A stretch of 64,000 bases of DNA, taken from NCBI RefSeq assembly GCF_902148845.1, contig NC_043762.1, forward strand, positions 29,026,760-29,090,759. The letters are read 5' to 3'. The DNA is from Salarias fasciatus. Taxonomy: Eukaryota. Positions within the stretch are counted from its first letter, which is position 1. Every line of letters begins with the position of its first letter. A program made the translations under genes and the position numbers. The notes below the pieces were generated by a model, which saw only the letters and a program-made list of their open reading frames with translations, ran no database searches and was not told where the DNA came from. Positions 11,828 to 23,345 of this stretch are shown piece by piece.

Positions 11828-11927
11828 CAAGAAGCCGATGACAACAGTTCCGTCTTCTTCACCGAGCAGCCACACGCCACTGTCGTCATCACGGATTATA
11901 GCATGGATACGAACAGTGACGTGCCAG
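11828..11927 (-). CDS. tep1: TEP1 exon
   Basis: Donor TTCTTG|gtgagtt. The peptide is (S)WHVTVRIHAIIRDDDSGVWLLGEEDGTVVIGFL, resembling human SSFLCASSDGILWNLAK. The acceptor choice (ggaag|CTGGCAC) is uncertain. Confidence 0.55.
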
Positions 11928-12141
11928 CTTCCAATGAGAAGCACACACAGAGGGGATCAGATTCTCCTTAATGGTGCAAACTCTTGAATGTATGAACAAA
12001 ATTCAGTAACTGCTGAGTATTTAGTCAAAATGGATTCCAATATAACAAATGAACAAAGAGGATTTACTGACGATTTGCTGCATTCAACAATCTTTCAAAC
12101 AGTGGTTTTCCCTGAATTTTCACTTGTTTCACAGAAATGTT

Positions 12142-12152
<11 letters not shown>

Positions 12153-12201
<49 letters not shown>
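12153..12201. repeat. (CA)n microsatellite, about 24 units
   Basis: A perfect cacaca run is directly visible. Confidence 0.95.
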
Positions 12202-12203
<2 letters not shown>

Positions 12204-12274
12204 CATCTGTTTCAAAAGCTAAAAGGTTGTGATTAGGTTACAATATATGAAACATACGGATATAAACTCACTTT

Positions 12275-12414
12275 GTGATCACACTTTCCCACATATTGCT
12301 CATGTCAAGTGAGACTTCGAATATCCTTCCATAGCAGGACACCCCCAGCAGGGCTGAGCAGTAGAAGAGGTGCTGCACTTCCTCTTTCACTTTGTAGGAG
12401 GTCGCCTTCACCAG
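12275..12414 (-). CDS. tep1: Probable TEP1 exon in the C-terminal low-conservation region
   Basis: Acceptor gttccttgcag|CCTGGTG and donor ACAAAG|gtgagttta. The peptide is LVKATSYKVKEEVQHLFYCSALLGVSCYGRIFEVSLDMSNMWESVITK. Its position and splice signals fit TEP1, but the human alignment is weak. Confidence 0.45.
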
Positions 12415-12489
12415 GCTGCAAGGAACAAACACAGAACAAAGAACAAAGAGACCAACTTCACACAGACGCCCAGAACGCAAGATGCTGCA

Positions 12490-13030
12490 CCGATCCATGT
12501 GTCAAGCTCACGCTCCATCCTCCCCCCAGTTATGAACAAGACCCTGAGATACTTGAACCCCTCCACTTGGGACAGGGTCTCTCTACCGACCAGGAGAGGG
12601 AAAACAAATCCTGACCATGGCCTTGGATTTGGAGGTGCTGATCATCATCTCTGTCGCTTCAAGGGAAGAAAACTGCATCGTTCCTCCCGAGGTTCAACTA
12701 CCGGTCGATTCTTTCCCTCCAGTACCCTGGAATAGACTTTCCCTGGGAGGCTGAGGAGTGTGATCCCCCTAGTGTTGGCAGGCACTCTCCAGTCCCCTTT
12801 AAAAAAGGGGGAACCACCACCCAGTCTGCCAGTCCAGAGGCACTGTCCCTGACCACCATGTGATGTTACAGAGCCGCGTCGACCAAGACAGTCCCTGAAC
12901 ATCCGGAGACTGAAGGTACTCGGGGTGAACTCAGGATTGAAATGATCCTCAAAGTATTTCTTCTACCATCCAATAATACTCCCAGGTGAGGTCAGCGGCT
13001 CCCCACCTTCACTGTCAACAGCAGTGGTGG
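12490..13030 (-). mobile_element. LINE (Rex1/Babar-like) fragment
   Basis: It shares sequence with the LINE copies at 51560-51700 and 52200-52340 (cacgctccatcctcccccc ... gaacaagaccctgagatacttgaac ... ggctgaggagtgtgatccccct). Confidence 0.6.
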
Positions 13031-14160
13031 GGCAAGGGTCCTTGGGGGCTCCAAGCAAAAAAATTCATCGGGCCCCCCATCCGTGCACACCGAAAAAAAA
13101 AAATTCTTTGCTCTCGCAGTGCAGGACAGGTTCGGCTTGTTCACCCCCCATAGCGTTATTCAGCCAGGCTGGGCCAGGCATACATCCACACTAAAATATA
13201 TAGAAGTGAATTGCATAGCTTGCATGTGTAGACGCAGCTCCCAGACCCAACTTTGAAAAGCAATGATAACGGCGACATTTTTTTTTCTCGCGCTCTAAGA
13301 GTCTCGTGGTAACGCAGCACGTTACCGCCGTTAACGGCCCAGCTATAATATGTATACTGAAAAACTTAGAGAACCCTGAATCTCTTCTGTTAGACCCAGG
13401 GACCAACAGAAGTCCTTGAAAGCCCTGGCTTATCAATAATTATATGATACAATAAACCTTGCGGCTCGCCTGATTGACGCAGACAGCGCTGAAGGCTGAT
13501 AGGGCCGTGCGGGGCCCCCCCAAGGGGGTTTGCTACGTCGTTGTTTCATAATTGCATCATAAATGTCGATTGTTGTCGTTTCTGTGCAGTACATGTATTA
13601 GCACTTGGGGTACCCAGTCTCTCAGGGGCCTCCTTGCGGGGCCCCCTAAAAGCCGGGGCCCCAGGCAATTGCCTGGTTTGCCTGTTGGCACGCCCCGCCT
13701 CTGGTCAACAGTGTTGGTGGAGACCTGCTGTCCCCTCCTGTGGCACCGGACGGGTTGCCAGAATTTCTTTGAGACCAACCGGTAGTCCTTCATGGCCGAA
13801 GGCGCAGGGTCACAACCCTCTCGCTCACCGTGGGCAATGCCGAAGAAGTGGAGAGTCCAGCTCCTCCTGACGGGCTGGCTTCCAGAGCCCCGGCTGTGTG
13901 GACCTGAGCCTGACTCTATCTAGTCAGTACCTCTCAACCCTCTTCACAATCCCAGGCTCCTTCTTCCTCAACAAGGTGGCAGTCCATGTTCCAAGAGCCA
14001 GTCTCTGTGTCCAGGGATCAGGTCGCCGTGCACCCTGCTGTGAGCTGCCACTCAATCCACACTAGACCCGGCCAGTAGGCGGTTCCTCCAGCGGGTGATG
14101 AGTCCACTGGCGGTTGGGCCCACGTCGTCTGTTCTGGCTGAGCCTGGCTGCACTCGCATT

Positions 14161-14456
14161 CAAACCTCAGCCCGGGGTGTAGCTCAGGGGTGTAGCTCGG
14201 GGGTGTAGCTCCGGGGTGTAGCTCCGTGGTGTAGCTCCGGGGTGTAGCTCCGGGGTGTAGCTCGGGGGTGTAGCTCCGGGGTGTAGCTCGGGGGTGTAGC
14301 TCCGGGGTGTAGCTCCGGGGTGTAGCTCGGGGGTGTAGCTCGGGGGTGTAGCTCCGGGGTGTAGCTCGGGGGTGTAGCTCAGGGGTGTAGCTCCAGGGTG
14401 TAGCTCCAGGGTGTAGCTCCGGGGTGTAGCTCGGGGGTGTAGCTCCGGGGTGTAGC
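14161..14456. repeat. Minisatellite: 14-bp unit ggggtgtagctc(c/g)g, about 21 tandem copies, embedded in an unclassified repeat (13700-14680)
   Basis: The tandem array is directly visible, with unit variants differing at one position (ccgg/cggg/cagg). ORF 14018-14470(-), with its repeated TPELHPRATPRSY, is the array read in one frame. Confidence 0.9.
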
Positions 14457-15472
14457 CCTGGCTGCGCCATGCCAGGTGACGCCGCGGTCCTTGTTATGAT
14501 TCTGCTTGTAGGGCCTTTTGAGCTGCTCAGTCTGGCCCGTCACCCAGGGGCCGTGACAGACCCTACCAGGGGAATAAAGCCCCAGCTCCTGGGCTCATGC
14601 AGGCACTCAAACTCCCCGACCACATTAAAGTGGCACTTCAGGGGGGAGGGCTGCAATTACACTCAGAGCAAATAGACCTATTTTGATTATATGTGTAACC
14701 AGTTGATGCAGCAAGTTTGTGACTGAATGCTTGAACAGAAATCAAGAAGGTTCACTGACACGAGTTATATCAGCAAAAAGCTCCAGTTTGAAAATTTTTT
14801 TTTTTTTTAGATTTTGGATTATTTTTGGATAAAATGGAGGTAACGAGGAGTAAACCTGGTAAATCTTGTCAGGAGAAAGAACAGGAATAAAAGGGTCATT
14901 TCAGGAATGTAACTTTCTCTTCCACTGGTCGTTGCTGTGACAGTATGGGACTACAGGAGAGCAATGTTTGAACGTCACAAAGAAAGGTGGAAATAATGTA
15001 GAAGTGCCTCAATGTTAATTTTAGACTTTACGAGAAACAAACAACAAAAACTACAGATGTGGGTTCAACAATCTGACTAAAATGGACAATATGGAAACTG
15101 CAAATAGTATTTGGTGAAAATAAACAATTATTTAGCCTTCTATCACCACCTGAACAAAAAGAAAGGCTCTGATAACTAAAGCTATCATCATTTTTAGGTA
15201 AAGAAAGGTTTTAGAGTAAGATTAGATTGACTACAAAGAAGAGAGATATCAGAACTCTGATATTTACCTGGCCTTGTTGTGTTCTTCATTCCACATCATC
15301 TCCCAAACATCAACCTGCAGCGATGTCTTGTTGCTAATAGCTAGCTGGTCTTTGGGCATGAAGCAGGCTGCTGTGATGGGGGAGTCGGACACCTGACACA
15401 AACATTCATCTGGTTCACTTCAACATGAAAACATATGTCTGCATCGATAACCTTTCTCGTGGAAATACTCAC

Positions 15473-15602
15473 CTGTTTGTGGGTAATAATGGCGTGGTGA
15501 CGCCACACCTCCACCAAACCGGACTCATAACCAGCAACAAACATTTCACCATTTTCAGAGTAGCTCATAACTGCAACCGAGTTCTTCTGGTCCTTAGGAT
15601 AG
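15473..15602 (-). CDS. tep1: TEP1 exon (WD40)
   Basis: Acceptor ctttctggacag|ACTATCC and donor AAACAG|gtgagta. The peptide is (D)YPKDQKNSVAVMSYSENGEMFVAGYESGLVEVWRHHAIITHKQ, matching human AAVTAVAWAPDGSMAVSGNQAGELILWQEAK. Confidence 0.7.
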
Positions 15603-16267
15603 TCTGTCCAGAAAGGGGATAATATGGTTTTTAAAATGAGTCCGACATGACACCAGAGAGCTGAAGAGGGAACTGTACACATCTAACTTTGCTGCAGCTG
15701 AACAATTTGCATCTGTACATCTACACTTGTGAGATTTTTTTCAAAAAATTGAGGTTTTTTTATTTTCCTGGACATTCAAATGCAGCACTTTAAATGGAAG
15801 TACATACATCTATTAACTATAGATGAAGAAAAGCTCTCTACACATAGAAATCAAATTTGATTGGTGTTTTGTCTCAGCAACATTTGAATAATTTACATTA
15901 ATCTAGCATTTCCTGCTTTTAATTTATCCTGTCAAGTGTCCCTTTATTTCATTAGTCCTAAATTCAGTTTTATCATAAATAATTGAACATGCATCGTATT
16001 GTTCCATTAAGAGGGGATAAAAATTCTTTGACAAATTTAAACAGATTCTTTTTCAAGAAATGCAACACGTAGTTTGCCTACTAATTAGATACATTTGAAA
16101 TATTATAACTCAGTTACTAAATCAGTTACTTTTTTTAAGTAAATAGCAACTATAAAATCAGTTTTAAAAGTAACTTGCTCAACACTGCTTCTATGTCAAT
16201 AAAAATGATCCCAACCTGCATGAGAAGTGTCACATGAACACAGTTTGGATGATCAGCTGATCTGTAC

Positions 16268-16394
16268 CTCGACCCGATGCCCACATGCGAACTGAGCGAT
16301 CTCCAGACACTGTGATGATTTCGTTGAATTCCTCCCTCAGAACAAAACCTTGAACGGCTCCACTGTGACCGTGGAGGGAGGCGATGTGCTCCAC
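16268..16394 (-). CDS. tep1: TEP1 exon (WD40)
   Basis: Acceptor tttctgaccag|GTGGAG and donor TCGAG|gtacag. The peptide is VEHIASLHGHSGAVQGFVLREEFNEIITVSGDRSVRMWASGR, matching human CQTHTLLGHSGPVRAAAVSETSGLMLTASEDGSVRLW. Confidence 0.8.
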
Positions 16395-16635
16395 CTGGTC
16401 AGAAACACAGACAAGATGCTGCAAATGTGAAGATTAAAGCTAGGGTAGGCGATGTTGTCCAAAAGCACTTCTTGTCATACTGAGTGAAATGCTCCGGAAA
16501 AAGGTGCGGAAAAAATCTGACAACTGTAGCGGCCAAAGGAGTGTAAAAACTCCGATCAATCGTGAGGCGCGGACCGCTCTTAAGAAACCAATCAGATGCC
16601 GTGCTCCGCTGTCTGACCAGCCCCGTCTGCTCCGG

Positions 16636-16672
16636 TCCATCTGTGTGCGTGCGTGCGTGCGTGCGTGCGTGT
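16636..16672. repeat. (GTGC)n microsatellite
   Basis: The run gtgcgtgcgtgcgtgcgtgcgtgcgtgc is directly visible. Confidence 0.9.
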
Positions 16673-17009
16673 GAGCGGTGGCGCAGATCGGCTCACAAGG
16701 CCCTCTCTCGGTAATTACGTCGTGCAACAAAGTATCAAAGTACTGTGCAAAGCGCTGGTCAATTTACGTTTATGTGCTATGAGAAACATGAACCCCGGAC
16801 ATTTCCTTGAATTTACAAAAACCCGCCCGGACGCCCCGGACAGGACGTAAAAAGTGGACATGTCCGGGTAAAAGAGGACGGACACGGCGCGGTCACGTTT
16901 GTGGGGGTGTGGCATTGGGCCAAGCACTGATTGGAGTAGGAGGAGCTTAGGGGGGATGGGTTGAGGTGTGGGACTTTCAAATCTTGCAGGCTCTTAAACA
17001 TCGTCTACC

Positions 17010-17450
17010 CGAGCTTTAAAGGTGCTGTAGGCAGGATTTTGCTAGTCAATGCTAATTTTTCTGTGTTTTCTTTGGATTAAATGTTAGAGTATCCATTGAT
17101 AATCCTTTAGGAGTGGAGCATAACTGCACTACCGCGAGGGCAAAGCGTTTCCATCTGTCTCTGTTCTGAGCTGAAAAGGAATCTCGACAGCTCCAGGTAT
17201 CTTTGACCAATCAGAAGAGCCCTGAGGCTCTAACCGTGATTGGTCGAGGGGTGTTCGTCGCACGTTCTTGTGGGAGGGGATTAACTTGCGTAAGGGCGTA
17301 ATGTCAGAGAAAACAGGACCGGATTGGCTGTGCTGGGTTTCAAATCGCCATCTTAGATGGGTCAAATCGCCATCTTGCTTAGGTAACCCTAAGCAAGATG
17401 GCGGAGATGTGGAATCCTGCCTACAGCACCTTTAAGTCAAATCAAACCTT
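17010..17450. mobile_element. MITE of about 440 bp with roughly 25-bp terminal inverted repeats
   Basis: ctttaaaggtgctgtaggcaggattttgc at 17013 is the reverse complement of ggaatcctgcctacagcacctttaagtc at 17410. Internal motifs ccaatcag and caagatggcgga are each present twice. Confidence 0.6.
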
Positions 17451-17591
17451 TGTTTTGACTCTCAACAGCAACTATAACAAAATCATACAACAGGTGAGGA
17501 TAAATCTGAAAGTCAGTCATTACCATTAATGAGTGGAGCTGCTTTCATGTGGCGTGTGTATCAATTAAGATATAATTTCATACCAACTGAC

Positions 17592-17677
17592 CTGCAAAGG
17601 CTTCCAGACCTTCACCATCCCATCATTAGATGCAGTGAACACAGTCATCTCTCCTGGCTTGATTTCTTTTGTCTTGT
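17592..17677 (-). CDS. tep1: TEP1 exon (WD40)
   Basis: Donor TTTGCAG|gtcagttgg. The peptide is (D)KTKEIKPGEMTVFTASNDGMVKVWKPLQ, matching human AAGQPGSELLVVTVGLDGATRLWHPLL. The acceptor (attaaag|ACAAGAC) was chosen to keep phase and is weak. Confidence 0.6.
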
Positions 17678-17762
17678 CTTTAATTCAAAGCAAGAAAAAA
17701 AGAAAGTTAAAACAAAAAACAAAGATTGAGCATCTGCTCTGTCTTCCCCAGAAGTCCAGCAC

Positions 17763-17892
17763 CTGTGTTTGCCTGGAGGCAGCAGTGGTTGATGCGTTGC
17801 TTGTGAGCGGCGATGTGGCTGACCTCTGCCTTTGTTTCCCACTCCCACACATGCAGCTCCCCGTCTGCAGACCCTGCAATCACATGTTCTCC
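17763..17892 (-). CDS. tep1: TEP1 exon (WD40)
   Basis: Acceptor ctgtgagcag|GGAGAAC and donor ACACAG|gtgctgg. The peptide is GEHVIAGSADGELHVWEWETKAEVSHIAAHKQRINHCCLQANT, matching human EEHVVSVSRDGTLKVWDHQGVELTSIPAHSGPISHCAAAMEPR. Confidence 0.8.
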
Positions 17893-17969
17893 CTGCTCAC
17901 AGGGAGCTCAGTCAGTTCAGCCTCAACATGACAGATTCTCCTGGAGACACAGTGGAGCAGTTTACTCAC

Positions 17970-18074
17970 CAGGCAGCAGACTGAAGTCAGGGGACTCTTC
18001 CAGGAGATTTCTCTGATGCACTGACCTGCCTCAAGGTCCCAGAAACAAAGTCTCCCATCATCTGAGGAGCTCAC
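17970..18074 (-). CDS. tep1: TEP1 exon (WD40)
   Basis: Acceptor tctgtctcag|GTGAGC and donor TGCCTG|gtgagtaaa. The peptide is VSSSDDGRLCFWDLEAGQCIREISWKSPLTSVCCL, matching human ISCSSDGSVGLWDPESGQRLGQFLGHQSAVSAV. Confidence 0.8.
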
Positions 18075-18234
18075 CTGAGACAGAAACCAGTCCATGAAGA
18101 CAAAGCTCTCTGAGATAAATCAACAATGTTCAGTGCTTTCAACATATTTCAAATACGTTCCTCTTTGAGCCACTGAGGGACAGAAAACACATCAGGAGTG
18201 AATATAGCTACTAGTCCAAAAAGGTTCATTGGTC

Positions 18235-20272
18235 TTCCAAGTTATAATCCAAAACAAAGGTTCTTTTCCAAAGACCAGGGAGGTATTTTGTTATTTACCT
18301 GACGGTTTCGGCAGCTGTCAGCTGTCTTCTTCAGAGTGTCACGTGATGTTGTGGTGACGTATCTTGTCAGCTGATTTATACAGGTTTTGGCGCTATTCTC
18401 CCACTAGTGGAAGCGGGAGAACAGCACCAACTGCAGTCCGACTTCTTGAGTACAGCATCCCAGGTGTGTGAAAGCAAAAAGGCCCCCTCATCCCGGTTCA
18501 CTGTCTCGGGGGCACGTTTCCGAATTTCAATAGCCTCTTTTATCCAGCGTCGGTGTTTGTTCTCTTCTGTCCCGATGACTCTCGCTCCGTCCCAATCCAT
18601 AATGTGATTTTCTCTTTTGCAATGATCTGAAATGGCCGACTTGAGTTGTTCCTGTTCAGCTTTTCTTTTTGTTGCTCGTGTTTGTGCTGTTGTGGTTTCG
18701 TTCTCACATTCTGTCTTGTGTTCCTTTTTTCGCGTGCTGAAAGTCCTCCCTGTCTCTCCAGTGTATGTTTTGTTAGATAACTTACATGGGATTTCGTAGA
18801 TAATATTGCATTTTTGTTCCGGTTGTATTCTGTCTTTGGGGTGTACAAGTATTTGTCTGAGTTTTCTATATGGTTTTACTGGAGTATTGATGTTTTGTTT
18901 TTTTCATTGCTCTTTGTACTTTCTCTGTGATGCCCCTGATGTATGGGAGGGTTACCATCGTGCTGCTCTCCATCCGCTCTCTCTTGTTTTCTTTTGGCTT
19001 GGGTCTCTTTTTCTTCTCCTGAACCTGCCTTCTTCCTTTTTGTATTGCCCAATTGGGGTATCCGCATTGTTTAAGCGCTTGAATGATGTGTTGTTCTTCT
19101 TTTCTCCTGTCCTCCTCCTCTGTGATTATATTGGCCCGGTCAAAAAGTGTTCTTATTACAGAGAGTTTGTGCGCTGTGGGGTGTTCAGATGTCCATAAGA
19201 GATATTGATCGGTGTGCGTTGGTTTCCTGTAAATGTTTATTTTAATGCTGCCGTCCTCTTTGTGGGAAATGTTGATATCCAGAAAATTTATTGCATGGTT
19301 CTCTTCTTCTTCATGTGTGAACTGTATTTTTCTGGTGGTGTCGATTGTGTTTAGATGTTTTGTTAATTCTTGTGTGAGTCCTTTTTTTATTTTCTCCAAG
19401 ATGTCATCCACATACCTCTTCCACATAGTAAGTCCACATTGAGCTGGTGCAGTGTTGATGGCCTTCTCCTCCAGATCCTCCATGAAAAAAACACTCATAA
19501 TGGCTGAGAGGGGGTCCCCCATGGCGAAACCCTCTTTTTGTCTGTAAATGTTTTGTTTATACTGGAAATATGTTGACGTGGAGACAAAATGTAAAAGCCG
19601 GGTTATGTCCTCTACTGTCAAATTGGTGCGTTTCTTGAGTGTTTTGTCCGTCCTGAGTCTGTTTTCCACTATGTGCAGGGTAACATGTATGGGGGTCTTT
19701 GTGAAGAGGGATATGGCATCATGCGAGATTAGGATTTCATCTGGGTGTACTTGGATGTTCTTAAGTTCTTCTGCCAGTTCTCTTGAGTTTTTGCAATGTT
19801 GTTTCGATTGTCCAAGTAATGGTTTAATTAAATCCACCAGTGCTTTTGACAAGTTGTAGGTAACTGATCCTATGCTGTCAACTATGGGCCTCAGGGGGGC
19901 ATCCTTTTTGTGGATTTTAGGTGTGCCATATATACGTGGAGTGATATAGAAGAGAACAAACACCGACGCTGGATAAAAGAGGCTATTGAAATTCGGAAAC
20001 GTGCCCCCGAGACAGTGAACCGGGATGAGGGGGCCTTTTTGCTTTCACACACCTGGGATGCTGTACTCAAGAAGTCGGACTGCAGATGGCGCTGTTCTCC
20101 CGCTTCCACTAGTGGGAGAATAGCGCCAAAACCTGTATAAATCAGCTGACAAGATACGTCACCACAACATCACGTGACACTCTGAAGAAGACAGCTGACA
20201 GCTGCCGAAACCGTCAGGTAAATAACAAAATACCTCCCTGGTCTTTGGAAAAGAACCTTTGTTTTGGAATAT
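18235..20272 (-). mobile_element. Penelope-like element (PLE): RT plus a GIY-YIG endonuclease remnant, with about 370-bp inverted terminal copies. It fills almost all of one TEP1 intron
   Basis: ORF 18866-19963(-) carries Penelope RT motifs (YGTPKIHKKDAPLRPIVDSIGSVTYNLSKALVDLIKPLL ... FAMGDPLSAI ... RYVDDIL). ORFs 18376-18600(-) and 19910-20140(+) carry the GIY-YIG tail (KHRRWIKEAIEIRKRAPETVNRDEGAFLLSHTWD). These sit in inverted copies (18290-18425 is the reverse complement of 20090-20230). Confidence 0.8.
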
Positions 20273-20358
20273 AGCTACTGCCAGCATGAAAACCTTGGAT
20301 AAGAGCCAATATGGGGCTGACACTGACAGGCAGGACTCCAGCTGTGCTGAAGACTCAC

Positions 20359-20467
20359 CACACAGCCGTCAGTCCAGGCGCAGCCGGTGATCCAGTCCCG
20401 GTGAGCGTGATGCAGAGGTTTGGAAAGACGGCCAGGCACCGAGCTCACGTCCCACAACATCAGAGCC
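20359..20467 (-). CDS. tep1: TEP1 exon (WD40)
   Basis: Acceptor ctgcttgtttcag|GCTCTG and donor TGTGTG|gtgagtc. The peptide is ALMLWDVSSVPGRLSKPLHHAHRDWITGCAWTDGCV, matching human SLLCWDVRTPKTPVLIHSFPACHRDWVTGCAWTKDN. Confidence 0.85.
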
Positions 20468-20689
20468 TGAAACAAGCAGAGCATTTCAACATTATGTCTT
20501 ATTACATGAGGACATTTTAAAGGGAGTATTAAAGGTTTCACTCAATACATTAACCAAACTACTTTAGATAACTTACATTATTGCGATTCTTGAAAAATAA
20601 ATAAGTCATGAAACAAGTGATTCTGCAGCAACTCTTATAAAAATGTCAACTATTTGCCAAATAACCTCTGATTAGATGATTTAGGGTGA

Positions 20690-23110
20690 ATTCCAATTCT
20701 CCCCTCAGCCCTTGCCCTTGGTTCTAACCCTTCGTTTTGAGCGTTCACGTGAAGTGGTAGGGGCGTCCCGATTCTACTGCATGCATGCCCTAAACATGCT
20801 CGAAAACTCACCAAATTTTGCACAAAATTTAGTTGCGGTTAAATTTTTTTTTTAAATATATGTTTCAGTATTGGGATTTAAAAATTGGCTCTACAGCGCC
20901 ACCTGCAAATATCAAAATGCATTGCGTAGATGGGAGGGGGTCCGCAATAAACTTTGTCGTACAGCCACAAAATTCGGGATACACATGCGCCTTGTCGGGA
21001 TAAACAAAAAATGTTATTATGACGCCGCCCTCAGAAAAGCTGGAAAGCAGCTATTTGGGATTGAATTTTCAAAAATGCTGAGTCATCGTTTTCCAGGACG
21101 TCTTAAAAAATGTTCACTGTGATCGCGCGCTTCTCCAAATGAGCTGAAATTTGGTGGAAACCATCTACACAAGTAGACAATTAAAAGTTATCCAAATCAT
21201 AAATCTTCAGATCACGGTTTCCGCGTGGCAATGCCGCAAAGTTGATGTCAAATTTTGCCCTTTTTTGAGTTTGATAAATGGCTTCCATTCCTACATAACG
21301 AATTCAATCTCAAGCAAACTTTAAACACTTATTGACCCTTCCTATCTGGACACATTGACAGTGACATTTTGACAATCGGCATTACAGCGCCCCCTACAGA
21401 ATCAAAGTAAAATCTGTATGGGGAGTAAAATTGTTAGTTTGTCAGAAACGAATGAAATTTGGGTGACTAATCCTTTATGTGGTCCCAATCAAAAAAGCCA
21501 ATGGTAATCATATTGTACTTTCAACAGTGTTGCCGTGGCGATGGCTGAATTTTCCCATGTTTTTCTGATGGGCCCAATTGAAAAATCTCCCATTAGATCA
21601 AATTTACTTGTTACCATGGAAATGTAGCAAATTTGACATATGAATTCTGACACACATGCAGGTCAAAAACATCAATGAAAGAATAAAACGGGGCGGGTCA
21701 GGTAAGCGGCGGGCGAGGGCCTTTTGACGCCGCTTGCAGCTTTAATCTTCTTCTTCTTCTTCTTCTGTTCTTTAAACTGGAATTTGACCCCCTAAACATG
21801 CTGGAAAACTCACCAAATTTTGCACAAAAATCAGTTCCGGCGAAATTTTTTTTTTAATATATGTTTCAATATTGGGATTTAAAAATTGGCTCTACAGCTC
21901 CACCTGAAAACATCAAAATGCATTGCGTCAATGGGATGCGGTCCGCAATAAACTTTGTCGTACAGCCACACACATGCGCCTTGTCGGGACAAACAAAAAA
22001 TATTATGATGACCCCACCCTCAGAACGGCAGGAAAGCAGCTATCTGGGATTGAATTTTCAAAAATGCTGAGTCATCGTTTTCCAGGATGTCGTACAGAAT
22101 GTTCGTTTTGATCGCGCGCTTCTCCAAATGAGCTGAAATTTGGTGGACACCATCTACACAAGTAGACAATTAAAAGTTTTCCAAATCATAAATCTTCAGT
22201 TCACGGTTTCCGCATGGCAACGCTGCAAAATTGATGTCAAATTTTGCCCTTTTTGGTGCATGATAAATGGCTGCCACTCCGACATAATGACTCCAGTCCA
22301 AACCAAATCTTAAACACTTTTTGACGAGGCGGGTCAGGTAAGCAGCGGGCGAGGGCCTTTTGACACCGCTTGCGGCTTTAATTCACTTTGCTTTTTATAC
22401 AGGGAAGAAGAATAAGAAGAGGAAGAAGAGCAACAAGCTGATTCACTTTTTGAAAGAGGAAAGAGCAAAGGAGCAGAAGTGCCACAAAGACAGTGAAGTC
22501 AAAACGGAGCGTTTTCTTGAGCCTTTTTGCCAGATGCAAATAATTAATCCTTGTCCAACCATGGTGTGTAAAACCCTTTTGCACATTTTATTATTGTTAT
22601 GGTTTGTTAAATATATAAGAGTCCGTTTTTGTTTTGCAGAACTACTGGTTTGAAAAAAATGTTTATTTTGGTTGTTGTGCAATATTGATGGTGGCTGTTT
22701 ACACACAGCTTAATCCTTTTATATGTTTATACTATTTTATTAATTTTGGAGCAAAAAAAGTTAAAACTGTTGCTGGTAATGCCAATTGCATAATAAAATG
22801 CATTCTTTCTAATTTGTATGAATTATTATTAACATTTTTATGCAGCACACAGAAAAAGCAGAAAAAAACAAGGAGAGGGAGATCAGTGCAGCTGGAGACG
22901 CATCGTAAACAATACCGGTGTCATTTTACTACGTCACGGGCGACGACTGATGACGTATGATGATCTCGAAGGGTTGTCCCATTTCTTAGGGGGGGAATTT
23001 CAGGCCCTACCCCTTGACACTCTGTTTCAAGGTGTAGGGAGAGGGGAAGGGTTAAGGGCTCAGGGTAGGGGAAGGGATGAAAAATAGAATTGGAATTGGG
23101 CCTTAATCAT
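20690..23110. mobile_element. Composite non-autonomous element with about 45-bp imperfect TIRs, containing a roughly 1.05-kb internal unit tandemly repeated about 1.6 times (20740-21786, 21786-22340)
   Basis: TIRs: gaattccaattctcccctcagcccttgccc at 20693 is the reverse complement of gggctcagggtaggggaagggatgaaaaatagaattggaatt at 23060. The tandem units both begin ccctaaacatgct(c/g)gaaaactcaccaaattttgcacaaaa and end gggcgggtcaggtaagcggcgggcgagggccttttgac(g/a)ccgcttgc. Confidence 0.6.
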
Positions 23111-23345
23111 CCAAAAAGTGATGGCTCACTCCTCCTTTATTATTCATGGGGTAAATATTGTTTGCTCTAACTGCCCTGAATGAGCTGCGACTGACTGCAG
23201 CTCCCTGTAACCCTGGACAAGATAAAGCAGCAGAGAAGACTGTCATAACATTAAAGTTCTTCCATTCGATTCATGTGAGCATTAATCAGCATTTCTCTTG
23301 ATTTTTTAAAAAACAACTCAACAATCAGAGGAATATTTGCATTAC

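Noticed and set aside
14161-14456. I considered whether the regular 14-bp tandem array could be a CRISPR-like array.
   Set aside because: The units are contiguous with no spacers. The sequence is eukaryotic, with introns, SINEs and LINEs. It is a minisatellite.
16440-17000. I considered whether the GC-rich segment with (GTGC)n and CCAAT-like motifs was an internal promoter or ncRNA gene.
   Set aside because: No tRNA or snRNA box structure or conserved fold is recognisable by eye, and it is bounded by repeats. I leave it unannotated rather than guess.
20871-22111. I checked the paralogous ORFs 20871-21122 and 21923-22111 (NKLCRTAT...GIEFSKMLSHRFPG).
   Set aside because: They lie in the two tandem copies of a 1-kb repeat unit. 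They have no splice context, no start context and no recognisable domain.
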